Shown here: piece after piece, positions 41,368 to 51,122 of the stretch
Layout: each line of letters opens with the position of its first letter
How positions within the stretch are numbered: the stretch's first letter is position 1
DNA from: an uncultured candidate division Zixibacteria bacterium
GTDB lineage: Bacteria > Zixibacteria > MSB-5A5 > GN15 > PGXB01
DNA: 64,000 bases
Direction: 5' to 3'
Assembly (NCBI GenBank): GCA_963702205.1
Contig: OY969724.1
Location: 2,272,001-2,336,000, forward strand
Position numbers and translations under genes: made by a program
The notes under the pieces: model-generated
Databases searched by the model: none
Told to the model about the DNA's origin: nothing
Seen by the model: only the letters and a program-made list of their open reading frames with translations

Positions 41368-42621
41368 ATGAAGAAAATAATATTATTGGCAGTGCTGGCC
41401 TTGATTTCATCCGGGTGCAGCAGATATATAGAATCCGATCAGTTAAATACGCAACTGCCCGATCCTCCGCCGGTACCGATCGAACTTCGCATGACTCATA
41501 TCGATAACGGCGTTCAGGTGACATGGCAGGTGTCCGATACTAACGCGGTCGATTACTTCAAAATTTATTTTGGGCCGGATTCCGTCCAGGCGCACTTGAA
41601 TCTTTGGGACACGACATCGCTGTTCGTCGAGGTTCTCGATAATCTCATCTCGGGTAAAGCCTATAGTGTGTCCATCAGTTCAGTGGCGGGCGGCCTAGAA
41701 GGTGCAAGATCAGTCCTTTCCACCACTATGGTCGGCATTTCGTCGATATCGATTAATAATGGCGATGAGTACGCCAAGAGCCGCGACGTGAACGTTACTT
41801 TCGTCATCCCGACTTCGGCGAGATTCGTGCAGCTTTCGGAAGACGCCAATCTAAACGGTGCTGAATGGCAAAATTACAGTTCGTCAAAGGGCTTTCGACT
41901 TTCTGAAAATGACGGGTCCAAAACCATTTATGCCAAATTCTATTTTACCGATGGTTCTCTTTCTACCTCACCGGTGCACGATGATATAACCCTCGATACC
42001 CGCGCCGAGGTCGACTCGGTGTATTTCAGACCGTCCGGGACCGTGTTTTCTTCGGGTGAAACGATTTCGTTTTATGTCAAAGCCGGAGAAGTCGGGGGAG
42101 AGGCAACCGTCTCGTTTCCCGGTCTTTCCAATTTGGTTTTGTACGACGACGGCAGTCACGGTGATGTCACCGCCGCCGACGGCCTGTTCTCGCTAGCTTA
42201 TTTGGTACCGTTAAACGTTCAGGTGGCGCAGGGACTGGTAACCGGCAGCTATCAGGATGAAGCCGGCAACGTCGCCACATCAGACCTTACTGCATCAGAG
42301 TATTTGACTATTGCGAATCCTCCTACGGCAGTGACGCTGGCGGCACAAATGGTGACCGATAATGACGGCAATCGCTCGATTTCATTAAGCTGGACGTCCA
42401 GCCCGGATAATGACTTCGAGACCTACCGGCTTTATAAAGATAATTCTTCCGGAATACAGGATGGCGATACCGACCTGATTATCTGGATTACGGAAAGCAA
42501 ATCTCAGACGGAATTTTCCGATATTAATCCGACCGCGGGGACCTATCATTATAGAGTGTTCGTTTTTGATCAGCAGGGTCTGGCAACCGGTTCCAATGAA
42601 GTCACTATAACGGTGCCGTAG
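41368..42621 (+). CDS. Lipoprotein with fibronectin type III-like domains and a DDG..GD..A.DG motif
   Basis: Lipobox SSGC; VTW..Y.IY and LSW..Y.LY..YHYRV FN3 patterns; LYDDGSHGDVTAADGLFS. Confidence 0.75.
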   Translation: MKKIILLAVLALISSGCSRYIESDQLNTQLPDPPPVPIELRMTHIDNGVQVTWQVSDTNAVDYFKIYFGPDSVQAHLNLWDTTSLFVEVLDNLISGKAYSVSISSVAGGLEGARSVLSTTMVGISSISINNGDEYAKSRDVNVTFVIPTSARFVQLSEDANLNGAEWQNYSSSKGFRLSENDGSKTIYAKFYFTDGSLSTSPVHDDITLDTRAEVDSVYFRPSGTVFSSGETISFYVKAGEVGGEATVSFPGLSNLVLYDDGSHGDVTAADGLFSLAYLVPLNVQVAQGLVTGSYQDEAGNVATSDLTASEYLTIANPPTAVTLAAQMVTDNDGNRSISLSWTSSPDNDFETYRLYKDNSSGIQDGDTDLIIWITESKSQTEFSDINPTAGTYHYRVFVFDQQGLATGSNEVTITVP

Positions 42622-42637
42622 AGGATATCCGTCTGGC

Positions 42638-43471
42638 ATGAGTGCGCTCGAAAAACTAAACCGCTTTATCGGACTGTATCTGGCCGCTCTGAGCCGCCTG
42701 TTCAGATTTCGCATTTGGGTTCCGCTGGCGGTGTACGCTCTGCTTCAGATTGCTGTAATATTTCTGGCAGCCAATTATACCAATCCTTCAGTATATGTAA
42801 TCCTGAAGCCTTTGGTGGGGCTTATGGGTGACCGCACGGCCGAAGTCATGAGCCATTACCCGGGACTATATATGGTGCTTCCGGGGGCAGTTGCCTGGGG
42901 CAAATATATTCTCGGCGTCTTGTTCGAAGGCTTGGCCATGGGCCTGGCGGCGGCGCTGTTCGTTAAGGCCTATTCCGATTCATTCCCGGCACCGGGTTAT
43001 AAAGCCGTATTCAAAAAGTGGATTCCGCTGCTTGTTGTCTGGTGTATTATTTCTGCTTTGATTCTGGCCGCCAATCAGTTCATCCCCGGTTTGTTTTCAT
43101 CGTTTCTGGCGGGCAGTCCACGCCGTATAATGCTCCTGGGCATCGTCATGAAACTTATTACGGTTTTGATTTATTCACTATTTATATATGCCATACCGGC
43201 TATTATTGTCTTCGGGGACGGCATCTTCAAAGCCCTTAAAACCTCTTTGTCTCTCTTCGTCGAATATCCTGTATTTTCGTTCCTGCTTGCGTTTCTGCCC
43301 TACCTTCTGACCGTCCCGTTTGCTTATATATTTGAAAACGCCCCGACCGTCGTCGATAAGTTCACGCCGGAGTTGATGTTATACTTCCTCATCGGCGGCG
43401 TCATCGTAGATATGCTGGTCAATTTTATTTTAACCGGGACGGTTGTCAAATTCCTCATGGATGAAGCGTAA
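42638..43471 (+). CDS. Polytopic membrane protein (about 6 TM), function unknown
   Basis: Multiple hydrophobic segments; 16-nt gap to the upstream gene. Confidence 0.75.
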   Translation: MSALEKLNRFIGLYLAALSRLFRFRIWVPLAVYALLQIAVIFLAANYTNPSVYVILKPLVGLMGDRTAEVMSHYPGLYMVLPGAVAWGKYILGVLFEGLAMGLAAALFVKAYSDSFPAPGYKAVFKKWIPLLVVWCIISALILAANQFIPGLFSSFLAGSPRRIMLLGIVMKLITVLIYSLFIYAIPAIIVFGDGIFKALKTSLSLFVEYPVFSFLLAFLPYLLTVPFAYIFENAPTVVDKFTPELMLYFLIGGVIVDMLVNFILTGTVVKFLMDEA

Positions 43472-43622
43472 TAACGACCGTCCGGCCATCCTGAAACCAT
43501 TCAATATCATTGATTAAAATCCCCTAAGAGCGCAAAAATTAAGCACTTCTATTATTTAGCCACTAATTATTTGCCGCGATCTTCCGATAAAATTAAAGAA
43601 TTTATTGGGGAATCGCTGAAGC

Positions 43623-45050
43623 ATGAAAAATTTGTTAATTATTGATGATGATCCCGAAATAAGCCGGTCTCTGGCCAATCTGTTTGATTCCGAGCGGTAT
43701 CGATTTTACTTTCTCGATGACGGCCAGATCATGGTGGAATTTTTGCACGAACACTCCAATATTGATTGTGTTTTACTCGACGTCAATCTCCCCACTATGT
43801 CCGGCCTCGATCTGCTGAAGCAGTCCAAACTGAGCAATATAGACGTTCCCATCATTATGATTTCCGGATTTATCTCAACCGAAAATGCGATGGAAGCGAT
43901 GCGCGAAGGCGCCTATGAATATCTGACCAAACCCTTCGAGATTCAGAAGCTGATCAACACTGTCAATAAAGCCTGTGGGTTTAACCGTCATAAAGGCGGC
44001 GTTCCGGACACGAAAATATCCGAAGAAGAATTCAGCGTCGGCGAAATTGTCGGCAAATCCCCCGAAATCGTGGAAATCGCCAAGTTGATCGGACAGGTGT
44101 CCAAATCCGATGCCGCCGTCCTCATTTTCGGCGAATCGGGTACCGGTAAAGAATTGATTGCCCGGGCTATCCACCGCAATTCCTCACGCGCGGGCAAGCC
44201 GTTTCTTTCGGTCAACTGCGCCGCCCTGGCCGAAACCCTTCTCGAATCCGAACTGTTCGGCCATGAAAAGGGCGCTTTTACCGGAGCCTATTTCAAACGC
44301 CTCGGTAAATTCGAGCAGGCCAATCAGGGGACGATTTTCCTCGATGAAATCGCCGATATGTCGCTATTGACCCAATCCAAGCTCCTGCGGGTTCTTCAGG
44401 AGAAACAACTGGAGAGGGTTGGCGGCAACGAATCGATCGAAGTTGACGTGCGCGTTATCGCTGCCACCAACAAATCACTGGTACAGTGCATGAAAGAAGG
44501 GTCATTCCGGGTTGACCTGTTCTATCGGCTGAAGGTCGTATCCATCTACGTTCCTCCGCTTCGTGAACGTCGGGGAGATATTCCTCTATTGACCGATTAT
44601 TTCGTGCAGAAGTTTTCCAAGCAGTTAGGCAAAGAAATCAAAGGTATTGTACCCAAGGCCGCCACGATGCTGGCCAAATATCCCTGGCCGGGTAACGTCA
44701 GAGAACTGGAAAACAACGTCCACACGGCCTGCGTCATGGCCAAGACCGATACGCTTCAGGCCGAGGATTTTCCGATTGCTTCGGAACTGGAAGGGAAAGT
44801 CGAAATTGACCTGGAAAACCTTCAGGATGACTATACCGAACTGTTCAAAAAGATCATCGATCCCATTCTGCCCAGACTGATAAATTCCTCGGAAGGGAAA
44901 ATCTATTACTTCCTGGAATCGGCGCTCGAAAAAGCTCTGATTTCATCCTGCCTGAAACACTTCAGTTCCAATCAGGTCAAGACTTCTGAAATTCTCGGTA
45001 TCTCGCGCAACACTCTTCGTGACCGGATTGCACGTTACAACATCTATTGA
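43623..45050 (+). CDS. NtrC-family sigma54-dependent response regulator (REC-AAA+-Fis HTH)
   Basis: IIDDD and LLD receiver motifs; GESGTGKE, GAFTGA, WPGNVREL and LGISRNTL. Confidence 0.95.
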   Translation: MKNLLIIDDDPEISRSLANLFDSERYRFYFLDDGQIMVEFLHEHSNIDCVLLDVNLPTMSGLDLLKQSKLSNIDVPIIMISGFISTENAMEAMREGAYEYLTKPFEIQKLINTVNKACGFNRHKGGVPDTKISEEEFSVGEIVGKSPEIVEIAKLIGQVSKSDAAVLIFGESGTGKELIARAIHRNSSRAGKPFLSVNCAALAETLLESELFGHEKGAFTGAYFKRLGKFEQANQGTIFLDEIADMSLLTQSKLLRVLQEKQLERVGGNESIEVDVRVIAATNKSLVQCMKEGSFRVDLFYRLKVVSIYVPPLRERRGDIPLLTDYFVQKFSKQLGKEIKGIVPKAATMLAKYPWPGNVRELENNVHTACVMAKTDTLQAEDFPIASELEGKVEIDLENLQDDYTELFKKIIDPILPRLINSSEGKIYYFLESALEKALISSCLKHFSSNQVKTSEILGISRNTLRDRIARYNIY

Positions 45051-45175
45051 TTCTGCGGCTGTTCTATTTCTTTCTCATCTGAATCGTCCTTAAAGACCTT
45101 GATATAGCAATAGACCATTATCGCCGTAATGGCCCCCCCGGTCAGAATAAAAAATATCCATCCTCCGATAGTCAT
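45044..45175 (-). CDS. Small membrane protein, probable MetS-like NSS transporter small subunit (not in ORF track)
   Basis: Manual translation MTIGGWIFFILTGGAITAIMVYCYIKVFKDDSDEKEIEQPQNQ*; AAGGAG RBS; directly downstream of the NSS gene. Confidence 0.75.
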   Translation of the reverse strand: MTIGGWIFFILTGGAITAIMVYCYIKVFKDDSDEKEIEQPQNQ

Positions 45176-45188
45176 TTCACCGGTCTCC

Positions 45189-46748
45189 TTAATAGTACTT
45201 TTTCTCGTCGCGCCGCCGCCAGGCGAAGAATACCATTACGGCCAGGACAGCGAACAGCGCCAATAAAAGGAGTCGACCGCCCAGAACGTACGGGACGTTT
45301 TCGTCGGCCACGGTTTTCATGGTAATCACCGGCAGCCACTCCGTGGCGAACCACCAGCCCAGAAGGCCCAGCAGACACAACGGCGTTATGTACTTCGTGA
45401 TGAACATAAAAATACGCGGTATTCTTATTTTGGCGCCACGGTGCAGCTCTTCCCAGGCTTTGTTCATGCCGAACACCCAGCCGAGCAGGATGATTTCGAG
45501 CGTCGCACCGAGGACGATTATCAGGTTGGCGCCCCAAAAATCGAAATCATCGAGCACGCCCCGGTGAATGAACCATATCGCCGGCTGGCACAAAATAAAT
45601 ACAACAGCTCCGAAAATCTTGACGGCCTTTGTCCTCGGTATATCGAATTCATCTTCCATGAAGGCCACCGATGGCTGCGCGAGTGAAATCGAGGACGTAA
45701 TTCCGGCCAGGAACAGCATGAAAAACCACAGGAAGCCGAACACGGCTCCGAGTGTCATCTGGTTGAAAATTTGGGGCATGGTGACGAAACCGATATTGAA
45801 ACTTCCCGATCGGGCGATATTGACTATCTGATCGGGGCCGAAAAATATGAACGCCGCCGGCACTACCAGACACCCGGCGACGACCACTTCGGCGAACTGG
45901 TTGGTCGATGCCGCGGCCAATCCGGATAAGGCAATGTCGTCGTCTTTCTGCAGGTAGCTGGAATAGGTCAAAATCACACCCATACCCACCGACAGGGTGA
46001 AAAATATTTGTCCCGCGGCGGCCATCCAAACCTTGACGGATTTGAGCGCCGAAAGATCGGCGTTCCATAAAAATCCAAGGCCATTGATCGAACTCCAGGT
46101 TGGGTGAGCCGGGTCCGGTGCAAACAGCGTGATGACTCGCACCGCCAGCACGATCCCGAAGAAAAACAGAAGCGGCAGCGCGATGTTGCATAATTTTTCA
46201 ATGCCGCCCTTGATACCGAAATAGGTTACCGATATATTCAGAATAAACGTAATCAGGAAAAATATAAAAGCTGGTACCGTCCCGGCAAAGGTCCCGGTGC
46301 TGGCGGTCACTCCCTGGTAGTTGTGCAGAAATTCCACGAAACCACCGCTCGATGCGATGTTGGCCAGTTGGCCGGTCAGGGAATAGTACGCGTAAGCCAG
46401 GCACCACGATTCGATATAAACATAGTACATATAAATCAGGAAGGGGCCGAAAATCCCGAGGATTCCGAAATACTTGATAAATCGATTCTTTTTCCACAAT
46501 GATTGAAAAATTCCCGGCACGCTCGAATGTTCGAATCCGCCGCCGAACCGTCCGGCCGTCCACTCCACCCAGACCAGGGGAAGACCTACTATAACCAGGG
46601 CAATTAAATAGGGTATCATGAAGGCGCCCTGGCCAAACATGGCCGCCTGGGTCGGGAAACGAAGGAAATTACCGAGTCCGACCGCCGAGCCAGCTACGGC
46701 CAGAATGACCCCGAGACGAGTTCCCCAACGCTGTCGCTTCCTCTCCAT
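45189..46748 (-). CDS. Sodium-dependent NSS/SNF-family transporter (LeuT-like)
   Basis: GSAVGLGNFLRFP, AFMIPY and GQIFFTLS motifs. Confidence 0.95.
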   Translation of the reverse strand: MERKRQRWGTRLGVILAVAGSAVGLGNFLRFPTQAAMFGQGAFMIPYLIALVIVGLPLVWVEWTAGRFGGGFEHSSVPGIFQSLWKKNRFIKYFGILGIFGPFLIYMYYVYIESWCLAYAYYSLTGQLANIASSGGFVEFLHNYQGVTASTGTFAGTVPAFIFFLITFILNISVTYFGIKGGIEKLCNIALPLLFFFGIVLAVRVITLFAPDPAHPTWSSINGLGFLWNADLSALKSVKVWMAAAGQIFFTLSVGMGVILTYSSYLQKDDDIALSGLAAASTNQFAEVVVAGCLVVPAAFIFFGPDQIVNIARSGSFNIGFVTMPQIFNQMTLGAVFGFLWFFMLFLAGITSSISLAQPSVAFMEDEFDIPRTKAVKIFGAVVFILCQPAIWFIHRGVLDDFDFWGANLIIVLGATLEIILLGWVFGMNKAWEELHRGAKIRIPRIFMFITKYITPLCLLGLLGWWFATEWLPVITMKTVADENVPYVLGGRLLLLALFAVLAVMVFFAWRRRDEKKYY

Positions 46749-46874
46749 TTATGTCCTCCAGCAGGATGGCAATTATTTTCCGATCAAATGTAATTTGAAA
46801 TTATATGTTGCCTCATAAATGCTTGTCAACTAAAAGAATCCAGCGGTAATAAAGATGTTGCAACAGATTTTTTG

Positions 46875-46903
46875 TTGACAGCGTATAACAACCATAATAG
46901 ACT
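46875..46903 (+). promoter_or_regulatory. Putative sigma70 promoter
   Basis: TTGACA-N17-TAGACT. Confidence 0.6.
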
Positions 46904-46936
46904 TCAAAAAAATGTTGGTACAACACGGAGGATGAG

Positions 46937-47587
46937 ATGAATTTTAAGAAATTGGGCGCGGTTATTTTGTTTTCGGCAGTTGTCCTGGCTGGCCCATCGG
47001 CTTTTGCGGATGCATTCGGATTGACCACGGGTTATCTTTCGACCGCCGACGCCTGCGGTTTCGGGGTTGGGTATATAGGAGGTTTCGCCGGAATCGGAGA
47101 TGATGGCACGACTTTATTTGGGTCTATTACCTATGGGTTCTCTGACTACACCGAAGGCCGTTTTCGGCTGGGGTTCTTTGACCCTGATTATCAGGGTTCC
47201 GATCCGGTTCTGACCTTGTCGGCGGATTTTAAGTATGAATTCATGGATTATTATGATCGTCATACCAAGAACCCATTCGATCTGGCTTTCGGCGGATTCT
47301 TTGAATATACGAATATCGAAAATGCCAATGTATGGGACCTCGGGGCTAATGCAATCGGATCTATTCCATACAAGTTTGCATCGGGACGCCGGTTGGTGCC
47401 TTATGCCAGGCTTGATATCCGCCTGGAGCATTTCTCGGTCGACGGCTTTGGTTCCGACTCGAATTTCCGGGCTGGATTGAATCTCGGGACGAAATTCGAA
47501 ATGACCCAGGACTTCCACCTTTACGGCGAACTGCAGATCGACGGAAATTTCGGGCTTTTCACCGGTGTTGATATCAGGGCATTTTAA
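46937..47587 (+). CDS. Outer-membrane beta-barrel protein
   Basis: Signal peptide; amphipathic strands; terminal Phe. Confidence 0.75.
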   Translation: MNFKKLGAVILFSAVVLAGPSAFADAFGLTTGYLSTADACGFGVGYIGGFAGIGDDGTTLFGSITYGFSDYTEGRFRLGFFDPDYQGSDPVLTLSADFKYEFMDYYDRHTKNPFDLAFGGFFEYTNIENANVWDLGANAIGSIPYKFASGRRLVPYARLDIRLEHFSVDGFGSDSNFRAGLNLGTKFEMTQDFHLYGELQIDGNFGLFTGVDIRAF

Positions 47588-47637
47588 CGAAATCTCTATC
47601 TTAAGAAAGGCTCCGGTCCTGGGTCGGAGCTTTTAAT

Positions 47638-48412
47638 ATGAATTATCTCGATGCAATAATTCTGGGATTGGTTCAGGGTCTGACGGAGTTTCTTCCGGTT
47701 TCCTCATCGGGGCATCTCGTTCTGGTCGAGCATCTCCTTGGGGCCAAAAGCAGCGGCGTATCTTTCGAACTGCTTGTCCACTTCGGCACGCTCCTGGCGG
47801 TTCTGATATATTTCCGAAAAGAAATAATTGCCATGATCAAATCGCTGTTCGATTCGACCATGGTCGAGCAGAGAAAGCTCGGTACTGTTTATCATTATCG
47901 CGACCATACCGGCCGTCATTATTGCCCTGGCCTTCGAGCATACCATCGAGTCGGCTTTCGATTCGCCGGCACTGACGTCGGCGATGTTGCTGGTGACAGG
48001 TGTCATGCTCTTGCTGACCGGACTGGCCCCCAAAAAGGAAAAGAAGCTGACCTGGCTTAATTCATTAATTATCGGTATCGGTCAGGCGATGGCAATATTC
48101 CCCGGTGTCTCACGTTCGGGGTCAACAATCTCGTTCGGGCTATTTTCCGGAGTCAAAGCCACCACGGCCGCCGAATTTTCATTCTTGCTTTCAATCCCCG
48201 CCATAGCCGGAGCGATTGTATTTAAGGCCAGGGAAATAGTCAGTCTTGATACGGCTCTTTTGGGACATTACCTGGTCGGGACGGTGATGTCGTTTCTGTC
48301 CGGCCTGCTGGCCGTCTATCTGCTTTTAAGCATTGTGCGCAAGGGAAAATTCCAGTATTTCGGCATATATTGTCTTTTGGTCGGGGCCTTCGGTTTGCTA
48401 TATTTCCTCTGA
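47638..48412 (+). pseudogene. uppP: Undecaprenyl-diphosphatase UppP/BacA with a 1-nt frameshift near 47880 (possible sequencing error)
   Basis: QGLTEFLPVSSSGH in one frame; IATIPA, PGVSRSGST, AAEFSFLLSIP in the shifted frame. Confidence 0.85.
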
Positions 48413-48413
48413 C

Positions 48414-49982
48414 ATGAAAAATATTCTGATAATCAGGCTGGGGTCCATCGGTGACGTGGTCCTGGCCTCGGCGCCGCTTATAAATCTCAAACTGTCTTTT
48501 CACGATTCGAAAATATATTTTCTGACGCGCGAACAAAATTCGCCATTGGTCGAACTCATGCCGGGGGTCGATGAAATAATCTCGCTGCCCCAAAAAATTA
48601 GCCTGTCAAAACTCTTTCAAACTGGTGAATATTTCGACCGCCTGGGTATGGATATAATTTGTGATCTGCACGGCAATTTACGTTCACAATACTTGATGCG
48701 CCACATCGCGGCCTCGGTCAAAGTGAAATATCCCAAGCGACGACGCGAAAGGATGATGGCCGTTAAATTCGATAAGATTGATCCCGCCCCGCCGCATACG
48801 ATTGACCTTTATAATGAGGCCGTCAAGGCTTGCGGGGGAGATGTTTTCACCAGACGACCTCTTTTAAGGCTCCCGGAATCGCCAAAGACGGCTTCGGGCA
48901 GGCCGGCTGTGGCCATTGCACCGGGCGCGTCATACATAACGAAACAATGGCCCCCTGACCGTTTTAAAGAACTGATCGGCGGACTTAGCAATAATGATAA
49001 AGCCGACGTTATCCTCTTGTTGACCGAAAAAGATAAGATGTTAAGTGAACATTTCGCAGCCCACGAGTCAAAAAATATAAAAGCTTTGATCGAGGCACCA
49101 TTAATAGACGTCGTATCTGAAATCGCCGGGGCCGATTTACTTTTGTGCAACGACTCGGGGCTGATGCATATCGGGTCGGCGGTCGGAACACCCGTGCTCG
49201 CCTTATTCGGCCCGACCCATCCGACACTCGGCTTTTCGCCGAGGGGGTGGCACGACGAAATAATCCAGGTCGATGAGCCCTGCCGTCCGTGCTCGTTGCA
49301 CGGCCAAAAGGCATGTTTCCGAGATCAGCAGTACTGCTTGACGCGGATTGACGTCGATTTTGTTCTGAGCCAAATCACCGACCGGCTTGAAAAAAATCCG
49401 AAAAATAATAAGGCGCTATTTGTCGACCGCGACGGCACTCTGGTCAAAGAGAAAGGTTTTTTATCCGACCCCGATCAAATCGAACCTGAGGCCAAATCCT
49501 TCGAGGCCGTCCGGCTCGCTCGCTCGCTGGGATACAAAATTATCGTCCTCTCGAATCAGTCCGGGGTGGCACGGGGATACTTCGGTCTGGAACAGGTGGA
49601 ACTGGTCCATAACCGGATTAAATCTTTGTTCGCCGAGAATGGAGCCGCAATTGACGAAATACTTTTCTGCCCGTATTTTGAGCATGGTACAATCGAACCT
49701 TTCGCGCAAAAATCTTTTCTTCGCAAACCGGCGGCCGGGATGGTCGAACTGGCGGTGCATGAGTTCGATATAAATCCCGTCGCGTCGTATTGTATCGGTG
49801 ACAAGCTCTCCGACGTTCGTCTGGCCTACAGCACCGGGGGAAAGGCAATTCTCGTCCGGACCGGATACGGGCAAGAGAGCATTGGTAAATTATCGCCCGA
49901 AGATCCCTTCCAGCCCGAAACCGTTGCCGACAATATCTATGAGGCCGTAAAATATATCGCGAAGCAAAGCGAGAAAGATTAA
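48414..49982 (+). CDS. Fusion of GT9 LPS heptosyltransferase and GmhB-like HAD phosphatase
   Basis: IRLGSIGDVV, DLHGN, NDSGLMH, LFGPT; then FVDRDGTL, SNQSGVARG, RKP..GM, IGDK.SD. Confidence 0.88.
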   Translation: MKNILIIRLGSIGDVVLASAPLINLKLSFHDSKIYFLTREQNSPLVELMPGVDEIISLPQKISLSKLFQTGEYFDRLGMDIICDLHGNLRSQYLMRHIAASVKVKYPKRRRERMMAVKFDKIDPAPPHTIDLYNEAVKACGGDVFTRRPLLRLPESPKTASGRPAVAIAPGASYITKQWPPDRFKELIGGLSNNDKADVILLLTEKDKMLSEHFAAHESKNIKALIEAPLIDVVSEIAGADLLLCNDSGLMHIGSAVGTPVLALFGPTHPTLGFSPRGWHDEIIQVDEPCRPCSLHGQKACFRDQQYCLTRIDVDFVLSQITDRLEKNPKNNKALFVDRDGTLVKEKGFLSDPDQIEPEAKSFEAVRLARSLGYKIIVLSNQSGVARGYFGLEQVELVHNRIKSLFAENGAAIDEILFCPYFEHGTIEPFAQKSFLRKPAAGMVELAVHEFDINPVASYCIGDKLSDVRLAYSTGGKAILVRTGYGQESIGKLSPEDPFQPETVADNIYEAVKYIAKQSEKD

Positions 49983-50971
49983 TGAACTTCGAAGCCAAAC
50001 ATTGGGAATCTCTTGACGATAAAAAGGTCCGCTGCCGTCTGTGTCCGGCCAATTGTCTTCTAACCGAATCCAAAACGGGTATCTGCGGCTGCCGGACCAA
50101 TGTCGACGGTCGCCTTATGGTCGAAAATTACGGGGAGATTGTTTCGGCTTCTTATGATCCGATAGAAAAAAAACCACTTTATCATTATTTTCCGGGCACG
50201 GTTATCTTTTCGACCGGCCCCAATGGCTGCAATCTCAGTTGTGAAAATTGCCAGAACTGGGAGATATCGCAGATGAAAGTCCCCACCCGCCACTTGTCGC
50301 CGTCGGAATTGGCAGCGCTGGCCGGAAGATTGGGATCGATCGGCGTGGCGTACACATATTCCGAGCCGCTGATCTGGTTCGAATATATTCTGGATGCCGG
50401 AGCGGCCGTGCGGGAAACTGGTTTGAAGAACGTCATTGTCAGCAACGGCTATATCAACGAAGAGCCGTTTCAAGAACTGCTGCCTTTGATAGATGCTGCC
50501 AATATAGATCTTAAAAGTATGAATCCGGCTTTCTACAAAAAAGTCTGCAAAGGACAGCTGGAGCCGGTCAAAAGCTCCATTGTCAGCCTGTTTAAGGCTG
50601 GCAAACACCTGGAAGTTACCAACCTGGTAATACCGGGGCTTAATGATTCTGATGCCGACTTCGAGCAAATTACCGATTTCATCGCAGGTCTGTCAGAAAA
50701 TATCCCCCTGCATTTTTCTGCCTATCACCCGACTTATAAAATGACCCGTCCCAGAACGCCCGTGGAAACGCTGCTTAACGCTTATGATATCGCGTCAAAA
50801 AAACTCAATTTTGTCTATCTCGGCAATGTTAATATCCCCGATAAATCCGACACAATTTGTCCGCAGTGCGGCGCGAAATTAATCAGTCGAACCTATTATA
50901 ACGTCGATATTACAGGACTTAAAAACGGCCGCTGTTCAGTTTGCGGATATGAGTCGGAAATCGTATATTAA
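49982..50971 (+). CDS. amrS: AmmeMemoRadiSam system radical SAM enzyme
   Basis: C..CP..C, DPIEKKPLYH, CNLSCENCQNW.ISQ, AYTYSEP and FVY.GNV motifs. Confidence 0.9.
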   Translation: MNFEAKHWESLDDKKVRCRLCPANCLLTESKTGICGCRTNVDGRLMVENYGEIVSASYDPIEKKPLYHYFPGTVIFSTGPNGCNLSCENCQNWEISQMKVPTRHLSPSELAALAGRLGSIGVAYTYSEPLIWFEYILDAGAAVRETGLKNVIVSNGYINEEPFQELLPLIDAANIDLKSMNPAFYKKVCKGQLEPVKSSIVSLFKAGKHLEVTNLVIPGLNDSDADFEQITDFIAGLSENIPLHFSAYHPTYKMTRPRTPVETLLNAYDIASKKLNFVYLGNVNIPDKSDTICPQCGAKLISRTYYNVDITGLKNGRCSVCGYESEIVY

Positions 50972-51122
50972 GTGGACGCCGCCTTTATCACCCTCACGTT
51001 TAGCATAAGCCATTGCCGCCGATAAATGTAATAAGAAATCGCATGAGATGAGTCGAGGAATTGGAACGGGCCGGATTCGGCAATTATTTTTGTGTCGAAA
51101 CGGTCGCGGATAATGTAAATTT

